From Fibrobacterota bacterium (GTDB taxonomy: Bacteria > Fibrobacterota > Fibrobacteria > UBA11236), in NCBI GenBank assembly GCA_028287465.1, contig JAQBPO010000018.1, forward strand, positions 31,857-95,856: 64,000 nt of DNA, given 5' to 3'. The notes below the pieces were generated by a model that was not told the DNA's origin, made no database searches, and saw nothing but the letters and a program-made list of their open reading frames with translations. Shown piece after piece: positions 19,209 through 29,000 of this stretch. The translations under genes were made by a program, and so were the position numbers. Positions within the stretch are counted from its first letter, which is position 1. Every line of letters starts with the position of its first letter.

Positions 19209-21479
19209 TCAGCTCCGGATGCGCGGTTGCGGCGGCGGGGGTGGACCGGGTTGGAATTTGAAGAAACAAGCCGCAAGGGGCGGCGCGGTCAATTCCAGGG
19301 AATAGGGCATGCCGTGCATGGGAATGGCCTCCGTATGCTTGCCGCCCATATTGCCGAGGTTGCCCCCGGCGTAGACCTGGGAATCGCTGTTGAAGACTTC
19401 CGCATAGAAGCCTTCGAGCGGCGCACCCAGCCGGTAGTTGTGCTGGGGGATGGGGCTGAAATTGAACAGGCAAAGGATCAATTCCTGCGGCCCGCCTCCC
19501 TCGCGCGGACGTCCCTTTCGGATGAAGGAAACGATATTGTTGTCCTGGTCGTGGAAATCGACCCATTGGAAGCCGGTATAAGAGGAGTCGAGCTCGTAGA
19601 GAGATGGTTCCTGCTTGTAGATGACATTCAGGTCCCGCACCAGCATCTGCAAGCCCTTGTGGCGCTCCGACTGCAGGAGATGCCAGTCCAGGGAGACTCC
19701 GGGATTCCATTCCAGCCATTGCCCGATTTCCAGGCCCATGAAATGGAGTTTCTTGCCCGGATGGGCGAACAGGTAGGCGAAGGCCGTCCTCACATTGGCG
19801 AACTTCTGCCATTCGTCCCCGGGCATCTTGTTGGGAAGCGAACCCTTGCCGTGCACCACCTCATCATGGGAGAGCACGAGGCAGAACCGTTCCGAGAAGG
19901 CATAGGACATTTCGAAGGTGAGCAGTCCCTGGTGGTAGCGGCGGAACAACGGGTCTTTGGAGAGATAGGTCAGGAAATCGTTCATCCACCCCAGATTCCA
20001 TTTGTAATGGAATCCCAGCCCGCCGTGATCGAGGGGATGGGTGACGCCCGGAAAGGCCGAGCTCTCTTCCGCGATCATCAACCGGTTGGGCACGTGTTGG
20101 GCGACCACGGAATTCAGATGCTTCAGGAACTCCACGGCCTCATGGTTCGTATTGCTCCCGTCCGGATTCGGGATCCAGGCGCCGTTTTCCCGGGCATAGT
20201 CCAGGTAGAGCATGGAGGCGACCGCGTCCACCCGCAGGCCGTCGATATGGAACTCTTCCATCCAATAGATGGCGTTGGCGATCAGGAAATTGCTCACCTC
20301 ATGGCGGCTGTAATTGAAGATCCGCGTGCCCCATTGGGGGTGGCTGCCCTTGCGGGGATCTTCGTGGGCATAGAGCGAGGTCCCGTCGAAAAAATCGAGG
20401 CCATGCAGATCGGACGGGAAATGCGCCGGTACCCAATCCAACAGGACTCCGAGCCCCGCCTGATGGCATTTGTCGACGAAGGATTTGAATTGGGAAGGCG
20501 TGCCGAAGCGCTTGGTGGGCGCGTAATACCCGATGACATGGTATCCCCAGGATTCATCCAGGGGATGCTCTTGGACGGGCATCAGTTCCAGATGGGTGTA
20601 TCCCATACCCTTCACATAGGGGATGAGGCGTTCCGCCAGCTCATCATACGAGAGGAATCCGGATTCCCGCCCGCTCGACTTCTGCCAGGAACCGAGATGG
20701 ACCTCATAGATCGAAATCGGCTTGTCGTCCCTTTGCACCTGGGGCCGGATATCGTTCCAGGCATGGTCATTCCAGGAATAGGGAGCGGGATCGGTGATGA
20801 TGGACGCGGTCCGGGGCCGCAATTCGGCCTCCTTGGCGTACGGATCCATTTTCTCCACCTTGGCGCCGCCTTCGGCGTGGATCAGGAACTTGTAGGCCTG
20901 CCCGTGATCGAGGCCCGGTATGAAGGTTTCCCAGATCCCGGAGAAGGAGAGCCTGCGCATCATATGGCTGCGCCCGTTCCATCCGTTGAAATCGCCGATG
21001 ACCGCCACGCCCTTGGCGTTGGGGGCCCAGACCGCGAAATGCACGCCCTGGTAACCTTGGTGGTCGATGCGGTTCGCGCCCAGTTTCCGCCAAATCTGGT
21101 AGTGGGTGCCTTTCCCGAAGAGGAACATGTCATAGTCGCTCAGAACGGGCAGGATGGAGTACGGATCCTCGTATTCCGTGACCTGGCCCGAATGGTAGGT
21201 GGCGCGGATGCGGTATGGGAAGAACTCCAACCGGTCCGGGAACAGGCATTCGAAGCACCCGGTTCCGGATCGGTATTCGCATTCGGCAAGGCCACCTTGC
21301 GGCGCGCCGTCATCCCAAAGGATTTCGACCTTCTTGAATTGCGGGTTGAAAACGCGGATGATCCCGCAAGTCTGGCGGTTCACCGTGATGTGGTGATAGC
21401 CGAGCTTGGAGAAGGGATCGATGCTTTCAAGGTTTTCCAGGAAATGCAATTCCTGGGGCGGGATCAGGCATTTTTTCAT
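19209..21479 (-). CDS. glgB: 1,4-alpha-glucan branching enzyme
   Basis: FAVWAPNA, IYEVHLGSW, SWGY, DGLRVDAVASM, IAEESS, SHDEVVHGKGS. Confidence 0.97.
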   Translation of the reverse strand: MKKCLIPPQELHFLENLESIDPFSKLGYHHITVNRQTCGIIRVFNPQFKKVEILWDDGAPQGGLAECEYRSGTGCFECLFPDRLEFFPYRIRATYHSGQVTEYEDPYSILPVLSDYDMFLFGKGTHYQIWRKLGANRIDHQGYQGVHFAVWAPNAKGVAVIGDFNGWNGRSHMMRRLSFSGIWETFIPGLDHGQAYKFLIHAEGGAKVEKMDPYAKEAELRPRTASIITDPAPYSWNDHAWNDIRPQVQRDDKPISIYEVHLGSWQKSSGRESGFLSYDELAERLIPYVKGMGYTHLELMPVQEHPLDESWGYHVIGYYAPTKRFGTPSQFKSFVDKCHQAGLGVLLDWVPAHFPSDLHGLDFFDGTSLYAHEDPRKGSHPQWGTRIFNYSRHEVSNFLIANAIYWMEEFHIDGLRVDAVASMLYLDYARENGAWIPNPDGSNTNHEAVEFLKHLNSVVAQHVPNRLMIAEESSAFPGVTHPLDHGGLGFHYKWNLGWMNDFLTYLSKDPLFRRYHQGLLTFEMSYAFSERFCLVLSHDEVVHGKGSLPNKMPGDEWQKFANVRTAFAYLFAHPGKKLHFMGLEIGQWLEWNPGVSLDWHLLQSERHKGLQMLVRDLNVIYKQEPSLYELDSSYTGFQWVDFHDQDNNIVSFIRKGRPREGGGPQELILCLFNFSPIPQHNYRLGAPLEGFYAEVFNSDSQVYAGGNLGNMGGKHTEAIPMHGMPYSLELTAPPLAACFFKFQPGPPPPPQPRIRS

Positions 21480-21645
21480 GTCCCTGCTAAATTAGTTATT
21501 CAATCCGGCCAATGCCGGAAATTGGTGCAGATTGGAGGATGAGGGTCGGATGGTTACGGAGGAGGGAAACGCGTTTTAGCGGCGGCGGAACTGGATCGAC
21601 GCGATGATGCGAAGTAATGCGATGGGGAAGATGGAAACCCTATCC

Positions 21646-21686
21646 CCCGGTCCGGAATCCTCCACGAGGGAGGCTCCGGACCGGGG
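21646..21686. terminator. GC-rich hairpin downstream of the tRNA pair
   Basis: ccccggtccgga ... tccggaccgggg inverted repeat; no clear U-tract. Confidence 0.55.
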
Positions 21687-21694
21687 CGGGTTGA

Positions 21695-21771
21695 TGGCGG
21701 AATGGACGGGACTTGAACCCGCAACCCCTAGCGTGACAGGCTAGTACTCTAACCAATTGAGCTACCACTCC
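21695..21771 (-). tRNA. tRNA-Asp (GTC)
   Basis: GGAGTGGTAGCTCAATTGGTTAGAGTACTAGCCTGTCACGCTAGGGGTTGCGGGTTCAAGTCCCGTCCATTCCGCCA forms a cloverleaf with encoded CCA. Confidence 0.97.
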
Positions 21772-21779
21772 GAGTATGT

Positions 21780-21857
21780 TGGTGGGCGTTGAGGGACTTG
21801 AACCCCCGACCCTCTGCGTGTAAAGCAGATGCTCTAAACCAACTGAGCTAAACGCCC
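21780..21857 (-). tRNA. tRNA-Val (TAC)
   Basis: GGGCGTTTAGCTCAGTTGG...TCTGC-TTTACAC-GCAGA...GGTTCAAGTCC...CGCCCACCA. Confidence 0.97.
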
Positions 21858-21863
21858 GAAACC

Positions 21864-22067
21864 CTACTTCTTTTCTTCCTTATCCTTTCCCATCAGGATG
21901 CTGATGGGCAGAACCACCGCAAAGGCGAGAATCAGGATGAAAGGCGCAACGTTCAAGGCGAGCTTGTTATCTGCCGGACCTCTCCCCAAGAGATAGAAAC
22001 CGATGACCAGCAAGACGGCGCCCGCGAGGAGCCCCAGATAATTCTTCGATGAGAAAAAGTCCTGCAT
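21864..22067 (-). CDS. Small two-TM membrane protein (DUF3098-like)
   Basis: FSSKNY...IGFYLL...LNVAPFILILAF pattern. Confidence 0.7.
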   Translation of the reverse strand: MQDFFSSKNYLGLLAGAVLLVIGFYLLGRGPADNKLALNVAPFILILAFAVVLPISILMGKDKEEKK

Positions 22068-22168
22068 CTTGCCTTCTGACGTCGATCCCGTTTTTCTTGG
22101 GATGAGGAAAAATAAGATAGAAAGGCGGATAAATCAAGGTAGGGCGCCCCAAAAAAGCCGGTAAATGC

Positions 22169-23149
22169 TCAGGTGGGGAAGCCCGACTTCTCGTATGCCT
22201 TGATGATGTCCCGTACCAGGCGGTGGCGGACCACGTCTTCCACGGTAAGCTCGATCTGGCCGATGCCTTCGATGCCCGCCAGGATCTTCCTCGCATGGGC
22301 GAATCCGGACTTTTCGAACTTGTCCAGATCCACCTGGGTCTCATCGCCCGTAAGTACGGCCTTGCTGTTGATGCCGATGCGGGTGAGGAACATCTTCATC
22401 TGCGAGATGGAGGTGTTCTGGGCTTCATCCAGGATGATGAAGCTCTTGCCCAGGGTGCGTCCCCGCATGTAGGCCAGCGGAGCGATCTCGATGGAGTTCC
22501 CATCCCAGTATTCTTTCAGCTTTTCCGTAGATAACATCAAGCTCAGGGAGTCGTAGAGCGGGCGCATGTAAGGGCCGATCTTGTCGCCGATGGCTCCGGG
22601 AAGGAAGCCAAGGCTTTCCCCGGACTCGACCGCGGGACGGACCAGGATGATGCGGTCGACAAGTTTCTTTTCCAAGGCCTGCACGGCCATGGCCACCGCG
22701 AGGAAGGTCTTTCCGGTACCGGCGGGACCGCCCGCGAGGACGATATCATGTTGCTTGATGACATTGATGAACCGAGCCTGGCCGCGCGTCTTGGGCTGCA
22801 CGGGATGGCCGAAGCGGTCAATGAGGATGGGCTTTTCCAGATGGGGGGCGAAATCGCCCGTCGCTCCGCCGTCCACGGTCGCCGCGCCGCTGGTTGAACC
22901 GCCTGCGAGGATTTCCTGGACGTAGAAGTCGGTGAGCTGATGGCCGGTGCGGAGCGCGTCCCTCATCCGTTCCACGGCCGCGCGTGCATTGCGGACCTGG
23001 AGTTCCTCTCCGGCCTGGATGGTGATGCCGGGGTTGCGGGTCAGGAGCTTTACGTGGAAGGTCCGCTCCAGGCGGATGAAGTTTTTTTCACCTTCCCCCG
23101 CCAGCTGTATTTTTTCGTCGTCTGTGGCGGCAAGATTAAAGGAGAACAA
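22169..23149 (-). CDS. phoH: PhoH-like ATPase
   Basis: GPAGTGKT, RPAVESGESLGFLPG, YMRGRTL, DEAQN, DVVRHRLV. Confidence 0.95.
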   Translation of the reverse strand: MFSFNLAATDDEKIQLAGEGEKNFIRLERTFHVKLLTRNPGITIQAGEELQVRNARAAVERMRDALRTGHQLTDFYVQEILAGGSTSGAATVDGGATGDFAPHLEKPILIDRFGHPVQPKTRGQARFINVIKQHDIVLAGGPAGTGKTFLAVAMAVQALEKKLVDRIILVRPAVESGESLGFLPGAIGDKIGPYMRPLYDSLSLMLSTEKLKEYWDGNSIEIAPLAYMRGRTLGKSFIILDEAQNTSISQMKMFLTRIGINSKAVLTGDETQVDLDKFEKSGFAHARKILAGIEGIGQIELTVEDVVRHRLVRDIIKAYEKSGFPT

Positions 23150-23158
23150 TAATTCCCC

Positions 23159-23404
23159 TTAATTCCCGGCTTTGGCGGTGTTCCGATTCTTTTCTTCGCG
23201 AAGCTGATGCGCCTTCGCCTCGGCATCCTCGGCGGAACGGCGTGCGTCCTCGAGCTTCTGGTTCTTGGAAGGCTCGGACATGGCCGAATCCATCGAAGAG
23301 GAGGATGAGGATTTGCTCCCGGCGCATCCGGTCATGACCGCCATGGAAGCCAAAACAGCGGCCAATGAAACGGGCCCTACAAAGCTCTTAAACCTTGAAA
23401 CCAT
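23159..23404 (-). CDS. Small coiled-coil lipoprotein
   Basis: Lipobox MTGC, Ser linker, coiled coil and GGAG RBS. Confidence 0.7.
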   Translation of the reverse strand: MVSRFKSFVGPVSLAAVLASMAVMTGCAGSKSSSSSSMDSAMSEPSKNQKLEDARRSAEDAEAKAHQLREEKNRNTAKAGN

Positions 23405-23798
23405 TCGATTCTCCCTGATTTTCCCTTAACTTAGGGCTAAGGACCCGGTTAGTCAATAAGCAAAGGGAGAAATCTACTCGAATTGGGCGAGGAAACCAAT
23501 CCCGCCCGGGCCCGCCTTTGACCTTTCCCATCCCCATCCAGCCGCCTCGGCCCAGCCTGGGGCCGCCGATACCTCCCTACCCACCCCGCCAGGCGCCCAG
23601 ATGCCTCCGACCTGCCTTGTTCTCCCTGAAAAACCCGGCCGAGGGGGGGCTTGCCCTCTCAAATCACCCCCTAGGGGAATCCCGCAACCCCTCCCGGTCC
23701 GACTGATTTCAAATCCGCATCAAATCACCTTGCTATTTTGCTCCGCCTGTTAATACTTTTTGATTCGATCGGCGGATAGCCCAAAGACTGAAAGGTTT

Positions 23799-24170
23799 AT
23801 GCAAGCGGATTTGCGTTCAATGATCGAAACCATCAAGGGAACCTTGGTGAATGCTGAATTGATCCACGACTCCGTGGACCTCGTATACGTAGGCTCGGAC
23901 CTCAACGAGCTCACGGATGATCTCACAAACATCATGCTCGCCACGAATCTGGTCCACATAAGGCTGATGGAAGTCGCCGAAGAAGTGGACATCGTGGCCA
24001 TCGTGTTCTGCCACGGGCATCTTCCCAAGCCCAAGGAAATCTCCCGCGCCAAGGAACTGGAGATCGACCTGATCACCACCCCCCTGTCGCTCGAAGAAGT
24101 CCATCGCCAGCTCAAGGCGGAATACGGAACGACCTTGGATATCAAAGCCAAGATCGCCCCGACCGTCTAA
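23799..24170 (+). CDS. DRTGG/HPr-kinase-N-like domain protein
   Basis: Matches the DRTGG fold pattern (AIVFCHG..P..I..AKELEIDLITT). Confidence 0.65.
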   Translation: MQADLRSMIETIKGTLVNAELIHDSVDLVYVGSDLNELTDDLTNIMLATNLVHIRLMEVAEEVDIVAIVFCHGHLPKPKEISRAKELEIDLITTPLSLEEVHRQLKAEYGTTLDIKAKIAPTV

Positions 24171-24643
24171 GCCCGGCTTTACACCTTCCTCAAGAAAATC
24201 CCGGAGTAGGAAACGCGCGCCCAACCAAGGGACGCGTAACCCTTTTCCACTAATCCTGGACCAATCCCCATCCCATCTCCCCCTATCATCCCATATCTCA
24301 TCTCCTCCTTCTCCCTGGAAGCAATGACATCCTCGACTCAGGCGCCAGTGAATAAGGCCCGACCCTATTAGCCGATGAACGCCGCGCAAACCCCATCGCC
24401 CCACCACGCCGCCCAACCCGGGAAGCCAAAACTCCCCGAGGTCCTGTCCACCGCCAGCTACCGTAACCTTTAAGCTACAGCGGGGCCCACGCGCCGGTGA
24501 AGGCCGCCGAACCCCAGGCGGCCGAATGGACGCCGCGCGTGCTCAAAGCCCGAAACGGCAAGCCATAACAACCACCCTGAACCCAACCACCCTGAACCGG
24601 ATTGACCAACCTCTTAGCGACCCACCGACCACGCGGGACACCA

Positions 24644-24869
24644 GGGCGCGGGCGTGCGGAGGCCGGGGCATATCAGTCGGAGGCGTAAAACCGGGGCGGC
24701 CGGCATCGCATCCGCACGCGCTCTTCCTGAAGCCTGATTGTACTGACGGGGTAATGCGCGAGCGGATGCCGGGACCGCAGGGGAAAGGAACGCCGGCCGC
24801 CCAAAGGACCACGGAGCGCAGCGGTTTTCCGCCGGAGTCGCTCGCCCCGGCCCCCGCGCGCCCGCGCCC
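24644..24869. repeat. 226-bp nested-palindrome element (MITE/REPIN-like or structured RNA)
   Basis: 26-bp terminal inverted repeat (24/26 match) enclosing three more nested stems. Confidence 0.65.
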
Positions 24870-24873
24870 AAGG

Positions 24874-25755
24874 CTACTCGATGTTTTGGATCTGTTCCCG
24901 GACGATTTCAAGCTCCTCTTTCCATCCCACGCACAGGTGCTGCATATCGGGAAACTGGCTCTTCGTCCCCAAGGTATTCACTTCCCGGAGCATCTCTTGC
25001 AGCAGGAACCCCAAACGCTTCCCAGGGCCCTTATGGGAGGCCATGGTTTCCAGGAAATGATGGAGATGCGCTTCCAATCGTACGATCTCCTCCGTTACGT
25101 CCTGTCTCTCGGCCATGATGCTGATCTCCGTTATCATCCGGTCCTCGGAAATGGTCGCATCACCTACGAGCTCCTGCACGCGGGCGCGCATTTTCGCGAT
25201 GTATTCCTGTTGGCGCACGGGCACCAGGCCCTTCACCTTTTCCAGGCCCGGGAAGAACCCGCGGATGCGCGCTTCCAGGTCGGCGGCAAGGACCCGCCCT
25301 TCGTTTTCACGCATGGCGACTAGCTCGAGGCAGGCTCGATCGAAAACGGGCAGGATGCGCGCCATGGCCGTTTCCGCCGATTCCGAAGCCTCCGAGGACG
25401 TGACCATGTCGGGGATCTTCAGGAGATCGGCGATATCGAGGGTTGTGGGCATTCCGAGCCTCGCCTGGGCATCTTTGATGACCGCGGTGTAGGCGCGGAA
25501 GACCGGTTCATTGAGAGCCAGGCCGGCCCCACCCGGTCCTTCGCTGTCGTATTGCACGTGACAGGTCACGCTTCCCCGGGTAACGTGTTTCCCCAGCTCC
25601 TGTTTGAGCTTGGACTCAAGGTGCATGATGCTTTTGGGTGCGCGGATCTGGAATTCGAGGAACCGGTTGTTCACGGTCTTCAGTTCCACGTTGACGGAAT
25701 ATCCCGAGCCCATCGCCTCGGCCTTGCCGTATCCGGTCATGCTCTGTATAGCCAC
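24874..25755 (-). CDS. yicC: YicC/YloC-family endoribonuclease
   Basis: GTG start with AGGAGG RBS; SMTGYG, VNNRFLE, EEIVRL, FLLQEMLREVNTLGTK, IVREQIQNIE. Confidence 0.93.
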   Translation of the reverse strand: MAIQSMTGYGKAEAMGSGYSVNVELKTVNNRFLEFQIRAPKSIMHLESKLKQELGKHVTRGSVTCHVQYDSEGPGGAGLALNEPVFRAYTAVIKDAQARLGMPTTLDIADLLKIPDMVTSSEASESAETAMARILPVFDRACLELVAMRENEGRVLAADLEARIRGFFPGLEKVKGLVPVRQQEYIAKMRARVQELVGDATISEDRMITEISIMAERQDVTEEIVRLEAHLHHFLETMASHKGPGKRLGFLLQEMLREVNTLGTKSQFPDMQHLCVGWKEELEIVREQIQNIE

Positions 25756-26087
25756 GAATCCTCCTGGGTTTATGGGCGATACGGCCCCAACCGGGGTGGG
25801 TATCCGCCTCAAAAAGTGCAAGTCAGAACTTAGAAAATAGTGGCCATTCTCCCGCAAACGGGTACGAGACCGTCGATATGGACCCAGCGGGGATGGCACG
25901 GGAGAAGTCAAGGAGGATCCGCCTCGGCGGGAAATTCCTGGCGCGCGGACCTTGAACCGCCGTGCCGGGATCACACACTTGGCCGCTTGCCGACAAAATT
26001 TCTTGCCGTAAGATTCCCCACCCTCTAAAATCGATTTGATCAAATGTCAAATCCCGGTCAAGTAACACCAGCATGGAGAGCTCGGCA

Positions 26088-29000
26088 ATGAATCTTCCCA
26101 ACGGCTTCTACAAAGGAGGAGGCGCCCAAAACCGCGGCGTACGTATCCTCGGAAAATCCATCGTGGCGGGGCTTTGCGTCCTGTCCATCGCCTTCACCGG
26201 CTGCTCGCAGAAATCGGGCAAGTCGACGCCTAAGGTGGTTACCAACCCGGAGGAGCCGGGAACGAAGAAGATCGTGACCGCGCTCGACTCCTTGGTCAAG
26301 GCCAACTCCGGCAAAGGCAAAGGCGTCGTAACCGGATTCCTGACCGGGGAAGGCAAATCCCTGGCCCAAGGCCTCCTGAAGCAGGCCAGCAACGCGGGCG
26401 GCGAACGCCGTTTCCTGCAGAAGTCGGAAATTCCCCTGACGGGCGCGACCATCCTCATCTTCGATGCCTTGAAGCCCACGACCTCCGCCGACACCACCCT
26501 CAAGACCGACACCGCGGGCAATTATACCTGCGTGCTTAAAGAGGGAAAATATTTCGGATTCGCCGTCTACCTGGATCTCGAGACCTTCCAGCTGGTGACC
26601 ACCTCCATACCTAACATGAATCCAAAGGCGGATTCCGTCATCCACATGGATACGGCCACGGCCATTGAAGACGTGACCGCGCCGACGGTCGCCGGCGTCT
26701 ACGATGCCAACACCGCCAATAGCGACGGCATCTTCCTGGTCGGCTCCGTGCCGGACAAGAACGCCAAGATCAACATCACCTTCTCGGAACCCATGAACCG
26801 GGAATCCGCCAAGAACGTTATCCTGGGCCGCATCGATACGACCAACACCTCCACCTCCATGGTGCTCGCCGATACCGTCAAGGACGCCAAGCTGAGCTGG
26901 AACGGCGATAGCAAGGAATTGACCATCTTCGCCCCGTCCCTGGTCCTGGGCGCCCAGTACGGGCTGATCATCCCGACCACGATGAAGGACCTGGCCAAGA
27001 ACCCGCTTGAGAAGGAATACAAGGCCACCTTCGTGACCGTCCTCTCGGCCGACCTCGCAGCCATCAAGTTCGCCGTCGCCGCGACCTTCCCGGCCGACAA
27101 GGAAACCATCAAGCCCATCCAGAACCCCGGCGTGAGCTTCAACCGCCCCGTCGAAGTGTTCTCCATACTCAAGAATGCGACCATCTCGCCCGCCATCAAT
27201 GGCTATTGGGAGGTTTCCGGCGCGCGCGCCGTATTCATCCATAAGGAACCCCTGGTCGTCGGTCAGACCTACACCATAACCTTGCCCACGACCGTGGCCG
27301 ACCTGGCCGCCGCGGGCCTCGAAACCGCTTTCACCTATTCGTTCACGGTCAAGGACTTCGAGGGCGCGGCCAAGGAAAGCTCGGGCAAGGCCCAGCAAGT
27401 CGCCCTCGCGGTGGAAGCCGCGTTCGACGCATACCTGTCCGGCGATGTCGGCCGTTTCGCGGCCGCCTTCCACCAGAACTTCCGCCTCTACAACGAGGAC
27501 GGCGGAATCAAGTCCAAGACCCAGTTCCTCGACATGATCCGCGCGGACGTGGGCGAGAAGCAGGCCATGATCGCCGGCTTCATGGGACCGGTATTCGACA
27601 ATACCGCCGATGCCTGCAAGGATCGTCTGGCCCGTTGGAAGGTCGGCGCCGAAGGCGGCACCGCCGACGACGAGATCTGGGTGGACGCCTACGTCAATCC
27701 CGGCCAATCCCCGCGCGCCTATGACAAGGACAAGGTGGCCATTCCCGCCTCCAGCCTGACCTGGGATCCCACCGGCCCCCGGTTCACCTACAAGGGCAAA
27801 AAATACGGATTCGGACCGGACATGTCCAAGTTCTCCGGCCCGGTCAACATGGATGCCGCCAAGGGCGACATGCGCTTCATGGCCGATATGCTGAAACAGA
27901 CCTCCACCGTGGTCCTGCAGCTCGTGAAGTACGAAGGCAAGGAGGAATTCCGCGTTGATCCTTCCGTGACCCTTTCGGGGGACACAGCCCGTCTCGCCGT
28001 GAAGATGATCAATTACGAGAAATACAACCGCGTCAATTTCGGCGACATCAACCGTGCCTGCGAAGCCAAGTTGGTTGATACCACCTACGAAGTCCTGAAA
28101 TTCACCCTTGTTTTCGACGGGTCCAAATGGCTCGTCACTTCCATCGTTTCGCCCTCCAAGGAGACGAACAGGGAGGACTTCAACAAGGCCGTGGACACCA
28201 AGGATTTCCAGATTAAGCAAATCCTGCCCATCACCCTTGTCTCGCCCCTCAAGGAAGGCGCCCAGGCGGCTGACGGTACGGTGACCTTCAAGTTCAAGGG
28301 ACCGGTTCTGGACAGCGTCGGCGGCTACCTGGTCGGCATTTCGGAAGATCCGAAGTTCTGCTTCGGCCGTCCTCCGTACGGCGCCCTGGTTTACGTTAAG
28401 GCCTCCAACCATTCTGGCGCGGAGGAAACCTTCGTGCTCGGATCGAACGGTATCCCCACCAGTTCCAACGCCGCTTCCATCCTCCGTCGCGTGCAGGATC
28501 TCAGGCTGCCCGGTTGGGAACGCTGCATGTTCGAGAACGCCTTGACAACGCTCTACAAGACCGAAAGCGGTTTCGGCGGCGTGTACAACTGGAAGGTCAT
28601 CGCCATCAAGGACACCTCCGCGGTCTCCTTCCTGGCCAACGGCTTCAGCGGGGAGCGTTTCTACGGCGAATCCGATTTCGGACCCACCCGCGGCTACTTC
28701 GCCTGCAAGGCCTTCCCCCAAGGAACCGCCTTCGCGGCCCTCGAGACCAACCAGCAGAACTTCGTCAATACCCAGCCGGTGATTAATAACGGCAGCTTCA
28801 ACGACATGGATCAGGACGGCGTGCCGGACGGAATGGAAGGCAAGTACAAGACGGATCCCCGGGATCGCAACTCCTTCCCCAACTTCCGCGTGGACACCGA
28901 TGGTGACGGCCTGGCCGATTTCCTGGAAGCCATGCTGGACCCCAAAGGAACCGACAGCCTCATCACCAAGAAGGCGGACGCAGCCGGGGTGAAGGGCGAA

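Noticed and set aside
18451-19812. 453-aa version of the lipoprotein ORF
   Set aside because: The N-terminal ~200 codons overlap glgB in another frame; the lipobox places the real start near 19134-19194.
19086-21542. 818-aa plus-strand ORF, and similar long ORFs such as 7530-9554 and 44861-46735
   Set aside because: They lie antisense to well-supported genes (glgB, pgeF, the kinase) and are typical high-GC shadow ORFs.
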